Positions 19,596 through 29,977 of a stretch of DNA of 58,144 nt are shown here, piece after piece (the stretch's first letter is position 1; each line of letters starts with the position of its first letter). A program made the position numbers and the translations under genes. The notes beneath the pieces were generated by a model. The model saw only the letters and a program-made list of their open reading frames with translations. It made no database searches and had not been told where the DNA came from. This stretch comes from an uncultured Bdellovibrionales bacterium (lineage in GTDB: Bacteria; Bdellovibrionota_C; UBA2361; OMII01). The stretch is taken from positions 1-58,144 of the forward strand of contig CAZZJR010000006.1 of assembly GCA_964654585.1 (NCBI GenBank). The letters are read 5' to 3'.

Positions 19596-20887
19596 GACCG
19601 GGTCTCCGCATCTTTTTGCAGGAGATCATCGAGCGTCACAGCGCTCGGGTCTGCCTCGCCATCGAAACACCTGTACAAGCGGCCCATTTCGCCACCCATG
19701 AGCATCGAGCTGCGCTTCTTGAAAACCGCATCTCGCACCTCAGCTACCGTGATTGTGTCCGGAGACCTCATGAGAAGCAGCGGCATAAACCGTCCTTCGC
19801 CGCGCATGATAATTCCGGCCTGCTCCAGAGCAACGAGCGAGGACTTTAGCACCATCGAACTGCAGCCGAGCTCTTCGGCGATCTCAAGCTCGTTCGGCAG
19901 CTTCTCTCCCCGCTTGAAGGCCCTGCAGATCAGCACGAGGGTCTGTACCGCGAGCACCATTGCGCCGTCACCAACACTCATCAGCGAGCGTTTCCAAAGG
20001 GTCCCCGAACGCGGAAGGTGCTGCGCTTGATAGGTCATCTCGGCCCCGAATAACACCACCGTCCAGCAGATGTAGAGCCAGAAGAGGAAGATCGGTATGA
20101 GAGCCAGCGCCTCGTACACTCGGTCGTAGTTGCCAAACCTCACGATGTACACGGCGAACCAGTGCTTCGCTAAGCCAAACAGTATCGACGCCGCAGTAGC
20201 ACCGAAGAGCGCTGGCACGATTCTCACGGGAGCTTTTGGAACAAGATAATAGAGCGCTACAAAAGCGAGGAAGTCTATCAAGAACGGAAGGACGTCTTGG
20301 TAGGCCGAGGTTAGAATATCGAAACCTGCGAAGAGTGGCTCGACTTTCGCACTCGTGTAGTAGCCCGAAATCGCGAAGAAGGGAATCAGCACGATGATCG
20401 CACAGAAGATCGCAAGCCGGTCAGTCAGCGGGCGAACCTCGTGCACCTGCCAAACCTGGTTAAGAGTCGACTCTATCGAGTTGAGCAGCAGTAAAGATGT
20501 GACAACCAGCGTCCCTAGAACAAACAGGTTGAGCGCCCGCATGTTGTCGCTGAACTGCTGGATATGAGTCAGCAGCTCTTGAAACTCGTTCCCCGGAACG
20601 AACTGCTTGAAGAGAAACTGCTGCACTTGCGCCATGCTATCCTGGGTCTGCACGAAGACTCCAAGGATTCCGAAGCATAGCGCCGTAAGTGGCACCAACG
20701 AGAGGAGTGACGAATACGCGAGCGACGCTGCCCGCGAGAATCCGTTGTCCCAGTAGAAGCGATCCATCGACGAGAGCACGACCCGGAAGAGCCAACGCAG
20801 CTCCAGCAGACCAGCCTTGAGCCTAGCCTGTGGGCTGGTGTCTCTTTCATTAGAACTCGGAACTGTTTCCATGGTCGCTTCTGACAT
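19592..20887 (-). CDS. YihY/BrkB (UPF0761) membrane protein with C-terminal winged-helix domain
   Basis: RAASLAYSSLLSLVP, IESTLNQVW, IPIFLFWLYICWTVVLFGAE; C-terminal ELEIAEELG..LEQAGII..SPDTITVAEV; start uncertain. Confidence 0.88.
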   Translation of the reverse strand: MSEATMETVPSSNERDTSPQARLKAGLLELRWLFRVVLSSMDRFYWDNGFSRAASLAYSSLLSLVPLTALCFGILGVFVQTQDSMAQVQQFLFKQFVPGNEFQELLTHIQQFSDNMRALNLFVLGTLVVTSLLLLNSIESTLNQVWQVHEVRPLTDRLAIFCAIIVLIPFFAISGYYTSAKVEPLFAGFDILTSAYQDVLPFLIDFLAFVALYYLVPKAPVRIVPALFGATAASILFGLAKHWFAVYIVRFGNYDRVYEALALIPIFLFWLYICWTVVLFGAEMTYQAQHLPRSGTLWKRSLMSVGDGAMVLAVQTLVLICRAFKRGEKLPNELEIAEELGCSSMVLKSSLVALEQAGIIMRGEGRFMPLLLMRSPDTITVAEVRDAVFKKRSSMLMGGEMGRLYRCFDGEADPSAVTLDDLLQKDAETRS

Positions 20888-21085
20888 CCCCGCATCATGG
20901 GGGTAACTGCCTGTAAACTCAAGATGAGGCTTTACCGATAGATCGTGGCCTGACTCAGGTAAGATGCAAACTGCCACCACTCTTATTGAGAAAACCTAAA
21001 AGCTGAGCATTTCGCCCTGGCAAACCGCTGTTCTAGCTTAGCGCCCTTTGCGAATCTGTAGCCTTCTACTACAACCCTTTGCTGT

Positions 21086-21382
21086 ATGGCGCTTTGTTGC
21101 TGGCACTGCAAAAACACCGTCGAGCTCGACCTGAGTGGGAGCTCGCGTATTGGATTCCGCGACACGTGCCTGCGCTGTTCCTCGGACTTGCACGTGTGCC
21201 TCAACTGCGAGTTCTACGACGAGTCGGCACACCACGAATGCCGTGAGACCTCTGCAGAGTGGGTAAAGAAAAAAGACTCGTCGAACGTGTGCGAGTACTT
21301 TAGGCCACGGCCGGCTCAGTCGGACTCTGGTGACGGGAAGAAGAAAGCGCTTTCGGCTCTCGACGATCTCTTCAAGCGCTGA
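21086..21382 (+). CDS. Small Cys-rich putative metal-binding protein
   Basis: Nine Cys including CWHC, CLRC, CLNC; ends in amphipathic ALDDLFKR. Confidence 0.8.
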   Translation: MALCCWHCKNTVELDLSGSSRIGFRDTCLRCSSDLHVCLNCEFYDESAHHECRETSAEWVKKKDSSNVCEYFRPRPAQSDSGDGKKKALSALDDLFKR

Positions 21383-21390
21383 CGCGGGTA

Positions 21391-22791
21391 TCAATTCTCG
21401 TGCCTCGGACCAGGCCGCAGCATTTCGCCCTTGTCGCTGATCGACAGCTTGTCCATCTTGTACTTGAGCATGCGGCGGCTGATGCCGAGCAGCTCTGCTG
21501 CGCGAGTCTGGACAAAGTTGGCGCGCTTGAGCGCTCGCACGATAATCTCTGTCTCAAAGAGACGTTCCGCATCCTCGTACGCAAGGCCACTCGCGAGGGC
21601 CGCAGCTGGATCGCTGGGCGCTGCGCTGCCGCCGTGAAAGCGTGCCGGAAGGTGCGACAACTCAACGACATCGGTGGGGCAGAGCGCCATCAAGCTCTCA
21701 ACGACGTTCTCAAGCTCGCGCACGTTGCCAGGCCAGCCGTAGGCGAGGAACCGATTTTTGACGTCATCAGAAAATACAAGAGTCCGGCCGCCGTAGCGCT
21801 TCTGCAGCGCGCGATTGAAGTGCTCTGCAAGGTGCAGAATGTCCTCCCCCCGATCCCGAAGCGATGGAAGCGGGAGGTTGATGACGTTAATTCGGTAAAA
21901 GAGGTCTTGGCGGAATGCCTTGAGCCGAACTTGCTCCTCGAGGTTTTTGTTTGTTGCGGTAATGACGCGTACATTGACGCGAATAGGTTTTGATCGCCCG
22001 ACTCTGTAGAACTCCTGCTCTTGCAGGAAGCGCAGCAGTTTCACCTGAACAGCTAGCGACAGCTCGCCGATCTCGTCAAGGAAGAGCGTGCCGCCATCGG
22101 CAACCTCAAATTGCCCGAGACGCCGCTCGACTGCATGCGTAAAAGCGCCCTTCTCGTGGCCGAACAGCTCGGATTCAATCAGGCTCTCCGGAAACGCAGC
22201 GCAGTTGAGCGCCACAAAGGGCGCATGCCGGCGGGTGCTGCGCTCGTGCAGCTCCCGCGCCACGAGCTCCTTGCCAGTGCCGGACTCGCCAGTAATGAGA
22301 ACTGTTGTGTCGCGGCCAGCAACCTGCTCAACCATGGAGAACACTCCGGCCATCGCCGCTGATTTTCCGACCAGGGCGCCCAAATCTCCGCAACCTTTCG
22401 CCCTGCCCTGCTCGGCTGAGGCTCCCGACTCAAGGAGCGCCTGCACAACACGCTGCAGTTCTGAGAGATCAAAGGGCTTGTTGAGAAAATCATCTGCCCC
22501 TGCCTTGATCGCCTGCACCGCCGTGCGCACGCCAAGCCCCCCCGTCAGCATAACGATCGGCACTCCCTGGTCGCGCTCCTTGAGCCGTCGCATAACCTCC
22601 ATGCCGTCGATCTTTGGGAGGGTCATGTCGAGCAGTATCAGGTCCGGGCTCTCCTTCTCGGCAACGCCGAGCGCTTCCTCTCCGTCACGCGCGGTGCTGA
22701 CATCAAAATGCTGCTGCAAGAGGAGCTTCAGAGAGCTGAGGATCGAAGGCTCATCATCAACGATCAGGATTTTTCGTCGCTGCTCTTCCAT
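21391..22791 (-). CDS. Sigma54-dependent response regulator (NtrC/AtoC family: REC, AAA+, Fis HTH)
   Basis: ILIVDDE, LLD, KPF, GESGTGKE, GAFTHA loop, FLDEIGE, WPGNVRELEN, AAELLGISRRML. Confidence 0.95.
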   Translation of the reverse strand: MEEQRRKILIVDDEPSILSSLKLLLQQHFDVSTARDGEEALGVAEKESPDLILLDMTLPKIDGMEVMRRLKERDQGVPIVMLTGGLGVRTAVQAIKAGADDFLNKPFDLSELQRVVQALLESGASAEQGRAKGCGDLGALVGKSAAMAGVFSMVEQVAGRDTTVLITGESGTGKELVARELHERSTRRHAPFVALNCAAFPESLIESELFGHEKGAFTHAVERRLGQFEVADGGTLFLDEIGELSLAVQVKLLRFLQEQEFYRVGRSKPIRVNVRVITATNKNLEEQVRLKAFRQDLFYRINVINLPLPSLRDRGEDILHLAEHFNRALQKRYGGRTLVFSDDVKNRFLAYGWPGNVRELENVVESLMALCPTDVVELSHLPARFHGGSAAPSDPAAALASGLAYEDAERLFETEIIVRALKRANFVQTRAAELLGISRRMLKYKMDKLSISDKGEMLRPGPRHEN

Positions 22792-23054
22792 GCCCCCCTG
22801 CTGAAAAAACCTTAACGCGGCAGCCCCTCTATCCGCGTCCACGTATGTGCCACTCGATCTAGGATGCCAGGCAACTGCGACGCGGCGCGACCGTTCAGGA
22901 AACTTTACCGTCGGTGATATCAGAGGGTTAGGGGGTTACGACGGATGCCAGAAACGATTATTTGGGCGCGGGCCCGAAATGCAGCGCGCACTGGAGAGTG
23001 TAGGCTTGCTTGCGCTACCACCGATCAGGCCACTTGTGCCCCTGAACGGGGGCC

Positions 23055-23987
23055 CTACTTTGACTCTACGTCGTGCCAATGTCGGTAGATATCTTCTAAC
23101 GAGCGCTCGAACGGAATCGAGGGCTTCCATCCAACTGCCGATTCGGCCTTCGCAAAACTCGTGAAGAGCTCAGGAACCTCCGGTCCACGCATGCGGGCGG
23201 GGTCCTGCTCTACTTTGACGCTTACGCCAGAAACTCGAATGAGGGTATCGAGCAGCGATTGGATCGACCGTGGGACCCCCGAGCCAAGATTGAATACGCC
23301 ATCCGGCCCTTGAGCCAGGAGCCGGTACGCCCGCACGATGTCTCGAACGTCAGAGAAATCGCGCCGCGCCTCAAGATTTCCGACGCGCATAACAGCAGGC
23401 GCCTTGCCGAGCGCGATGCGAGCAAGCTGCTGGGCGAAGCTGCTCGCTACGAAGCGAGGATCCTGCCCTGGCCCGATGTGGTTGAACGGGCGCACGATCG
23501 CGCACTTGAGCGCTCCCTGCCGAACGTAGCGCTCGGCGAGCAGCTCAGCCATGCGCTTGCTGAGGCTGTAGTTGTTAGCGGGCCGGAGCGGGGTCGCCTC
23601 ACGAATCGGGAGGTCATCAGGCTTTACCTGCCCGTACACCTCAGCCGAGCTGATGAGCACCACCTTGGTCTCTTTCGAGAAGAGGTGTGCCTGACGAAGC
23701 ACATTATTTGTTCCGCCTACGTTGACGAGTAGCGTCTTGTCGAAGTTTTGCTCGGCTTCGGGGACAAAAGAGATCCCTGCCAGGTGGTAGACGACCTCGG
23801 GCCGAGAGCGCTGTATCAGCTCGGCAGTCGAGCCGGCATCGGTGATATCAACTGAGAACGTGGTGTCCGGGAGCTGCGGGATCGGCTCTTTCAGGGTGCC
23901 GGCAAAGACCTGGTCTCCCTGCTCAAGCAGGTGCTCCACGAGGTACTTGCCGACGAACCCGGCTGCTCCAATGACGAGCGCGCGCAT
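23055..23987 (-). CDS. rmd: GDP-4-keto-6-deoxy-D-mannose reductase (Rmd-like SDR)
   Basis: GAAGFVG, SSAEVYG, YSLSK, RPFNHIGPGQ, GNLEARRDFSDVRDIVRAY; follows gmd. Confidence 0.8.
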   Translation of the reverse strand: MRALVIGAAGFVGKYLVEHLLEQGDQVFAGTLKEPIPQLPDTTFSVDITDAGSTAELIQRSRPEVVYHLAGISFVPEAEQNFDKTLLVNVGGTNNVLRQAHLFSKETKVVLISSAEVYGQVKPDDLPIREATPLRPANNYSLSKRMAELLAERYVRQGALKCAIVRPFNHIGPGQDPRFVASSFAQQLARIALGKAPAVMRVGNLEARRDFSDVRDIVRAYRLLAQGPDGVFNLGSGVPRSIQSLLDTLIRVSGVSVKVEQDPARMRGPEVPELFTSFAKAESAVGWKPSIPFERSLEDIYRHWHDVESK

Positions 23988-24005
23988 GAGCCTCAGCGCC
24001 TGGCT

Positions 24006-25025
<1,020 letters not shown>

Positions 25026-26114
25026 TTAGACAAGGTCTGAACGGCCGCGCTTTTTGAGCTCTTCGACCACTTTGCGGACCTCCTGGACATGCTCGTGAGA
25101 CACAACGAGCAGCGCGTCTCCAGAATCAATGACGATGACGTCCTTGAGCCCTACGGCAGCCACGACGCGGCCGGCGGTTCTTATAACACAACCACTACTG
25201 TCGATCACGACAGCGTCCCCTTTTACGAGGTTGCCGTCCGAGTCGCGCTGAAAGCTCTCGGCCCACTGGTCCCAGGAGCCTACATCGTTCCAGCCGAATT
25301 CCTGAGCATGCACCACCACGCAGTTCTTTGCATGCTCTAACACACCGAAATCAATGGAAATTGACTCAAATCCTGAGAACAGCTCCTGTATCCGAGGGGC
25401 TGCGGCTTTCGGGCCGGACTTCTCAAGCAGCCCCTGAATCTCGCCAAGCCCGTCGGCCATCTGCGGTAGGTGCCTGCGGAATGAGTCCAGGATAACGCTG
25501 GCCCTCCATGCGAACATGCCAGAATTCCAGCAGTACCCCCCTTGCTCTAGGTACTTCTGGGCACGTTCCAGGCTAGGCTTCTCAAAGAAACGTTCTACCT
25601 GGAAGCTCTGGTCGCCGAGCGCCTTTCCTTTCTTGATGTAGCCGTAGCCGGTGTGGGGGCGCGTCGGCGGGATACCGATCGTGACCAGCACATCCGATTC
25701 ACGGGCCCGTTCCACAGCCTCCCGGAGCGCAGCGCGCAGAAGCTCATCGTCTTTGATCGCATGGTCGGCTGGCAGAATAATAAGGACGGGGTCGTTTTCC
25801 GGCTTCTCTGCCATCGCGTACGCCGCGGCGAGCCCAATGCAAGCAGCCGTGTTTCGAGCCATCGGCTCACAGATCACGTTCGCGAACGGCACGTGCTTTG
25901 TGATCAGTGGCTCTAGGTTTGGGTTCGCTACAACCCGCACATTCTCCTCCCCTACCAGCGGCACGATTCGACGAACAGTTGCCTGAATTAAGCTTTCACC
26001 AGAATCTCCGAGCGAGAGAAACTGCTTCGGGAGCGCCGACCGGCTAAGTGGCCAGAAGCGGCTCCCCTGTCCACCGGCCAAGATCACTGCTCGTACATCA
26101 CTTGGGTAAGCCAC
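25026..26114 (-). CDS. manC: Mannose-1-phosphate guanylyltransferase (no PMI cupin domain)
   Basis: LAGGQGSRFWPLSR, PKQF, RNTA, PADH, FFEKP, WNSGMF, WNDVGSW. Confidence 0.95.
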   Translation of the reverse strand: MAYPSDVRAVILAGGQGSRFWPLSRSALPKQFLSLGDSGESLIQATVRRIVPLVGEENVRVVANPNLEPLITKHVPFANVICEPMARNTAACIGLAAAYAMAEKPENDPVLIILPADHAIKDDELLRAALREAVERARESDVLVTIGIPPTRPHTGYGYIKKGKALGDQSFQVERFFEKPSLERAQKYLEQGGYCWNSGMFAWRASVILDSFRRHLPQMADGLGEIQGLLEKSGPKAAAPRIQELFSGFESISIDFGVLEHAKNCVVVHAQEFGWNDVGSWDQWAESFQRDSDGNLVKGDAVVIDSSGCVIRTAGRVVAAVGLKDVIVIDSGDALLVVSHEHVQEVRKVVEELKKRGRSDLV

Positions 26115-26191
26115 TACGTTATCCTCCCTCTCTCCCCCGCCTATTTATCGCACCACGTCCGGCGTTCTCGAATTTTCCTCAACTTGAACCG

Positions 26192-27076
26192 CTACGAGCC
26201 ATCCTGCTGAAGAATCCCGAGCTCGACCAGGTAAGAAGCCAGCCCCTCCTGCCACGTGATCGGCGGCCTGCCGAGCAGCGACGAGATGAGGCTCGTGTCA
26301 AAAGCGGAGAATGTTGGGCGCTTCGCCGGGCGGTTTAGCTCAACGGCTGTAGTCCTCTCCAACGTGGCCAAAGGCTGCCCCTTGAAGGAGGGCCGCGCCA
26401 ATCTCTGGATCTCTGACGCGAAATCGAACCACGATACGACCCCAGTGCATGAGGCATGCACAACACCACCGACCGGCATGCGCACGAAATCAAGAATCGC
26501 CTCCGCTAGCCAGCCAGCCCAGGTCGGTGAGACCCACTGATCGTCGACGATTTTGAGGCTCGGCTTTTCGGGGAATAGCCGTAGCATGCTCTGGACGAAG
26601 TTTACCCCCTTCTGACCGAAGAGAGCTTGCGTGCGGAGAACGAGAGCTCTGTCATCAAGCGTCTCAAGCACACGCTGCTCGGCCTCAAGCTTTGATTTGC
26701 CGTAAACGCTGAGAGGATTTGTCGGATCCCCCTCGCTCAGCTCGCGACCGAGGCTGCCATCAAAGACGTAATCGGTTGAAATTTGAATCATCCGGCATCC
26801 AGCCGCCCGACAAGCCTCGGCCACGTACCCTGCCGCATCGCGGTTTATGCGGAATGCCGATTCTTTCTCGTGCTCGGCTTTGTCAACCGCTGTGAAGGCG
26901 GCCGAGTTGACCACGACTTCAGGCTTGATCGCCAGGACGCACTTCCGAACCTGCTCACGCTCTGAGATATCGACTTCGGCAGTGACCGGCGACACGATTT
27001 CAAACTCAAGATCGCGCGCACGCTTCTTGACCTCAAAACCGAGCTGTCCGCTCCCTCCGAAGAGAAGAATCCTCAC
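26192..27076 (-). CDS. rfbD: dTDP-4-dehydrorhamnose reductase
   Basis: GGSGQLG, AAFTAVDKAE, ISTDYVFDG, YGKSK, VDDQWVSPT, PAKRP. Confidence 0.95.
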   Translation of the reverse strand: MRILLFGGSGQLGFEVKKRARDLEFEIVSPVTAEVDISEREQVRKCVLAIKPEVVVNSAAFTAVDKAEHEKESAFRINRDAAGYVAEACRAAGCRMIQISTDYVFDGSLGRELSEGDPTNPLSVYGKSKLEAEQRVLETLDDRALVLRTQALFGQKGVNFVQSMLRLFPEKPSLKIVDDQWVSPTWAGWLAEAILDFVRMPVGGVVHASCTGVVSWFDFASEIQRLARPSFKGQPLATLERTTAVELNRPAKRPTFSAFDTSLISSLLGRPPITWQEGLASYLVELGILQQDGS

Positions 27077-27122
27077 CTACTGCCTCCATCTGAACGGACC
27101 AACGCGCCCAACGGGAAAAGGG

Positions 27123-29699
27123 CTAGTACTGCGTCAACCCACCGCCCTGTGAGATACCCCCTAACCCTCCAAAAGTAAAGGAAAAGAGGATCTGCTTATT
27201 CTCTGGATTGAAGGTCTGTCCGAGCCCTAAATCAGCCGACCAACACTTACACGCGTTGATGAAGCGGAAGAGCCCACGGCTCTCAAGCCACTGCGAGGCA
27301 TCAGCATCGTACCGGCCGTACAACCCGGCTCTGAGCTGCTCGAAGATCTTCGTTTCTGCGTTCATCTCGATCTGGTTAATCGACTGATTGATGTAGGTAT
27401 AACGGGCCCGGAGAGCGTCATCACGATCGTCTCGTATTCCGAGAGAGTAGGAGAAGCTAGAGAAATCTCCCTCCTGTGCTTTGTAGTTCGCCTCAAAGCC
27501 AGTAGAGAAGTAGTACGACGGAGAGAGGCTCAGCGCGGCGTTAATGTCAGAGAATGCGTCGAGACTCGGATCATCGTTCTGCCGATCAACTAACGAATCA
27601 TACGTTTGTCTCAGAGAGAACTGCCCAAGCTGCCTGACCGTGCCATCGCGCGCATCCATGTACGCAGGAGGCGCAACGAGCATGTTTCTGCCGAAGGCCA
27701 GAAGGGAGTCGGACAGGTCGTACATCGGCAGCGTGTCAGCCGAGGGCGCAAGTTCCTCAACATCCCGCACCCGCTCCACTGGCTCGACTACTTTTCCGTA
27801 CAGTCGGGTGGTAAATCCGTACGAAAAGAGGCTGCGCTCACGGAATCGGTCTAGCTCGTCGTAGAGAGGGTTGTTGTTCTGATCGACGCTCGGAATGTAG
27901 GTGTAGCCGAGCGTTGGCTCGATCGTGTGCTTGAGCCTCACGAGCTCCGTTCCCTCGTTCCGTGCTCCGAGCCCCACCGCGCGAGAGAACCAGTTGTCTC
28001 GTTCAAGCGAATAGACACGTTCAACACCTGTCGTCATGTTGTAGCTCAAAATCGGGAGCGTCCTGCTCATGCTGCTGTCCAGCAGCTCCTCCTCCGCTGA
28101 CCCTCCGCCGTTGTCTCCTGACCCCCCAGGCGTAGGAGTAGGCGTGACTGTGGGAGGTATAACTCGATCATTCATCGAATACTCCGTCTGATGGAGCTGC
28201 GCGGAGAATGCTCCACGGAAATAGTTCTTCACGTGAAACGGCACTGAGACCTGTGGGGCGATATCAACACGAGAACCGTCGTAGTAATCCTCGCGGTAAA
28301 ATTCAGTGCCCACAGCATTGAGCCCTGTCACGAGCTTCAAGCCGTATGGGTTTGCGCCGAACGGGCGAAACGTTGCCCCCGTCCCGAGAGCCAGCTCCGG
28401 GAGACGCTGAAACTGGAGATTCTGGGCCGCCGTGAGGCTCTGCGTGTACTCCGATCGCAGCTCAGCACTCATTATTGAAAGCGGCTGGCCACGCACTAGA
28501 GCCGACGATGCAAGGTACTGCGACTGCTGCGCGCCGATCTGAGGTGCTGGGATCTCTCGGAGCATAAGGTCATCGCTTGTGTATCGTGCATCAACGATCG
28601 CCTCAACTGGGTTGCCGTCGATCGGGTCAGAGCGCCACCGCTGCTTGTAGAAGCCCGCCGTTCGGTTCTCGTCGATAGTTGTGTCAGACACCCCGTCCAG
28701 GTCGAGTCCCCGAAGCTCTGGGACACGCTGCCCATCAACCGTCGTGAAGCGCAGCGACTCGTTCGAGTAGATGAAGCCCGCATCGAGCCGGCTCTTCGCG
28801 GAGAATCGCTTCTCAAAATCGAGCTCTGCCCCAACGCGCGATTTGGTGGCCACGAACGGGCTGAGGGTCGCCCCCGCGGAGTCATCAAGGTCAAAGAAGA
28901 TAGGCTGGCGGTAGAGCACGCCATTTTGGTTACTGTATCCGGCTTGCGGACTGAGAAGCCCAGACGCGCGCTCACGCTTAACCGGCACTGCCAGGTAGGG
29001 TGAGTAGAAGATCGGCATCCCCTCGAACCACATCGTGGGGTTGTAGATGTGGGCGTACCCTTCTTGCGTGATGTTGCACGAGCCAGCCTTAATCTCCCAG
29101 GGTTTCGTGCCGTCTGGGCAGTGGCACGACGTCAGGTCTGTTTGTTGAAGCTGAAACTCAAACTCTGAGACCTTGAGGGCCTCATCTGAGTTGATGTTGA
29201 AGCCGCCCTCTTCCAGGTCAAATTCAAGATCTTTGAAGGTGCCTGTCTCGCTGGTGATATTGACGTGCCCCTCGCTGGCCGAAAGAACACCGGCCGAAGT
29301 CGTCATGAGGACGTTGCCCGAGACATCGCCCTCTTTCGTTTTCATGTTGAAGGTGCCTTCGTCGGCCTGCACCTGAACTCCACCCTCAGAGATCAGAATG
29401 CCTCCCTTAGCCGTCATCTCGTCCGTATCTCGGTTGAATTCAATTGAAGGGGCCTGGAAGTCTAGCCCCTCGCTAACTTTGGTGCTCGGCGAGAGAGATT
29501 TCTTCAGAGCAGTGTCCTGTTCTTGGTGAGCCTGCACTGAATCGCTCGAGAAAACTGCATTTCGATCCGGAGTAAGCGGCTGAGCACTGGCAACCCGGAC
29601 AGCAAGACAACTGACGAAAGCAGAGAGAAGGAGTCGTGAGAAGACGCAAGACCATTCTTGGACAAGAAGGGCGGACCGAATTTTGAGGAGGCGTCGCAT
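27123..29699 (-). CDS. lptD: LPS assembly outer-membrane protein LptD
   Basis: Signal peptide, OstA-like N-domain, TSCHC..PWEI, PIFYSPY..P...ERASGLLSP, QRLPE, C-terminal CKCW; start uncertain. Confidence 0.92.
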   Translation of the reverse strand: MRRLLKIRSALLVQEWSCVFSRLLLSAFVSCLAVRVASAQPLTPDRNAVFSSDSVQAHQEQDTALKKSLSPSTKVSEGLDFQAPSIEFNRDTDEMTAKGGILISEGGVQVQADEGTFNMKTKEGDVSGNVLMTTSAGVLSASEGHVNITSETGTFKDLEFDLEEGGFNINSDEALKVSEFEFQLQQTDLTSCHCPDGTKPWEIKAGSCNITQEGYAHIYNPTMWFEGMPIFYSPYLAVPVKRERASGLLSPQAGYSNQNGVLYRQPIFFDLDDSAGATLSPFVATKSRVGAELDFEKRFSAKSRLDAGFIYSNESLRFTTVDGQRVPELRGLDLDGVSDTTIDENRTAGFYKQRWRSDPIDGNPVEAIVDARYTSDDLMLREIPAPQIGAQQSQYLASSALVRGQPLSIMSAELRSEYTQSLTAAQNLQFQRLPELALGTGATFRPFGANPYGLKLVTGLNAVGTEFYREDYYDGSRVDIAPQVSVPFHVKNYFRGAFSAQLHQTEYSMNDRVIPPTVTPTPTPGGSGDNGGGSAEEELLDSSMSRTLPILSYNMTTGVERVYSLERDNWFSRAVGLGARNEGTELVRLKHTIEPTLGYTYIPSVDQNNNPLYDELDRFRERSLFSYGFTTRLYGKVVEPVERVRDVEELAPSADTLPMYDLSDSLLAFGRNMLVAPPAYMDARDGTVRQLGQFSLRQTYDSLVDRQNDDPSLDAFSDINAALSLSPSYYFSTGFEANYKAQEGDFSSFSYSLGIRDDRDDALRARYTYINQSINQIEMNAETKIFEQLRAGLYGRYDADASQWLESRGLFRFINACKCWSADLGLGQTFNPENKQILFSFTFGGLGGISQGGGLTQY

Positions 29700-29977
29700 C
29701 AGCTCGGGAAGTCTTCGGAGACTGTGACAAATAAGGGCTCTTTTCGCCCAAATCAGGACTCTAGCCAGGCGGGGCTGATGGCGAAAGGGGCTACCTTTTT
29801 ATATTTATCCGCCAGCTTGCTGGTACAGCTGAGCCATGTTCGGCATACGAGGCGATCGCAAAGACCCGGAAGGCTCGACTCAGGGAGGATCTAGAGCCGT
29901 GACCGGTTCCGGTGCCAGGAAGAGGCTCCTCCGGGGGAGCTACGGGGGAAGCATGCTTGTCGTCGGCGAGCGGGGGG

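Noticed and set aside
29800-29977. Possible folC remnant or c-di-GMP riboswitch (CGCAAAG) in the accD-lptD gap
   Set aside because: No FolC motifs in the frames read, and the GEMM P1/P2 elements are missing
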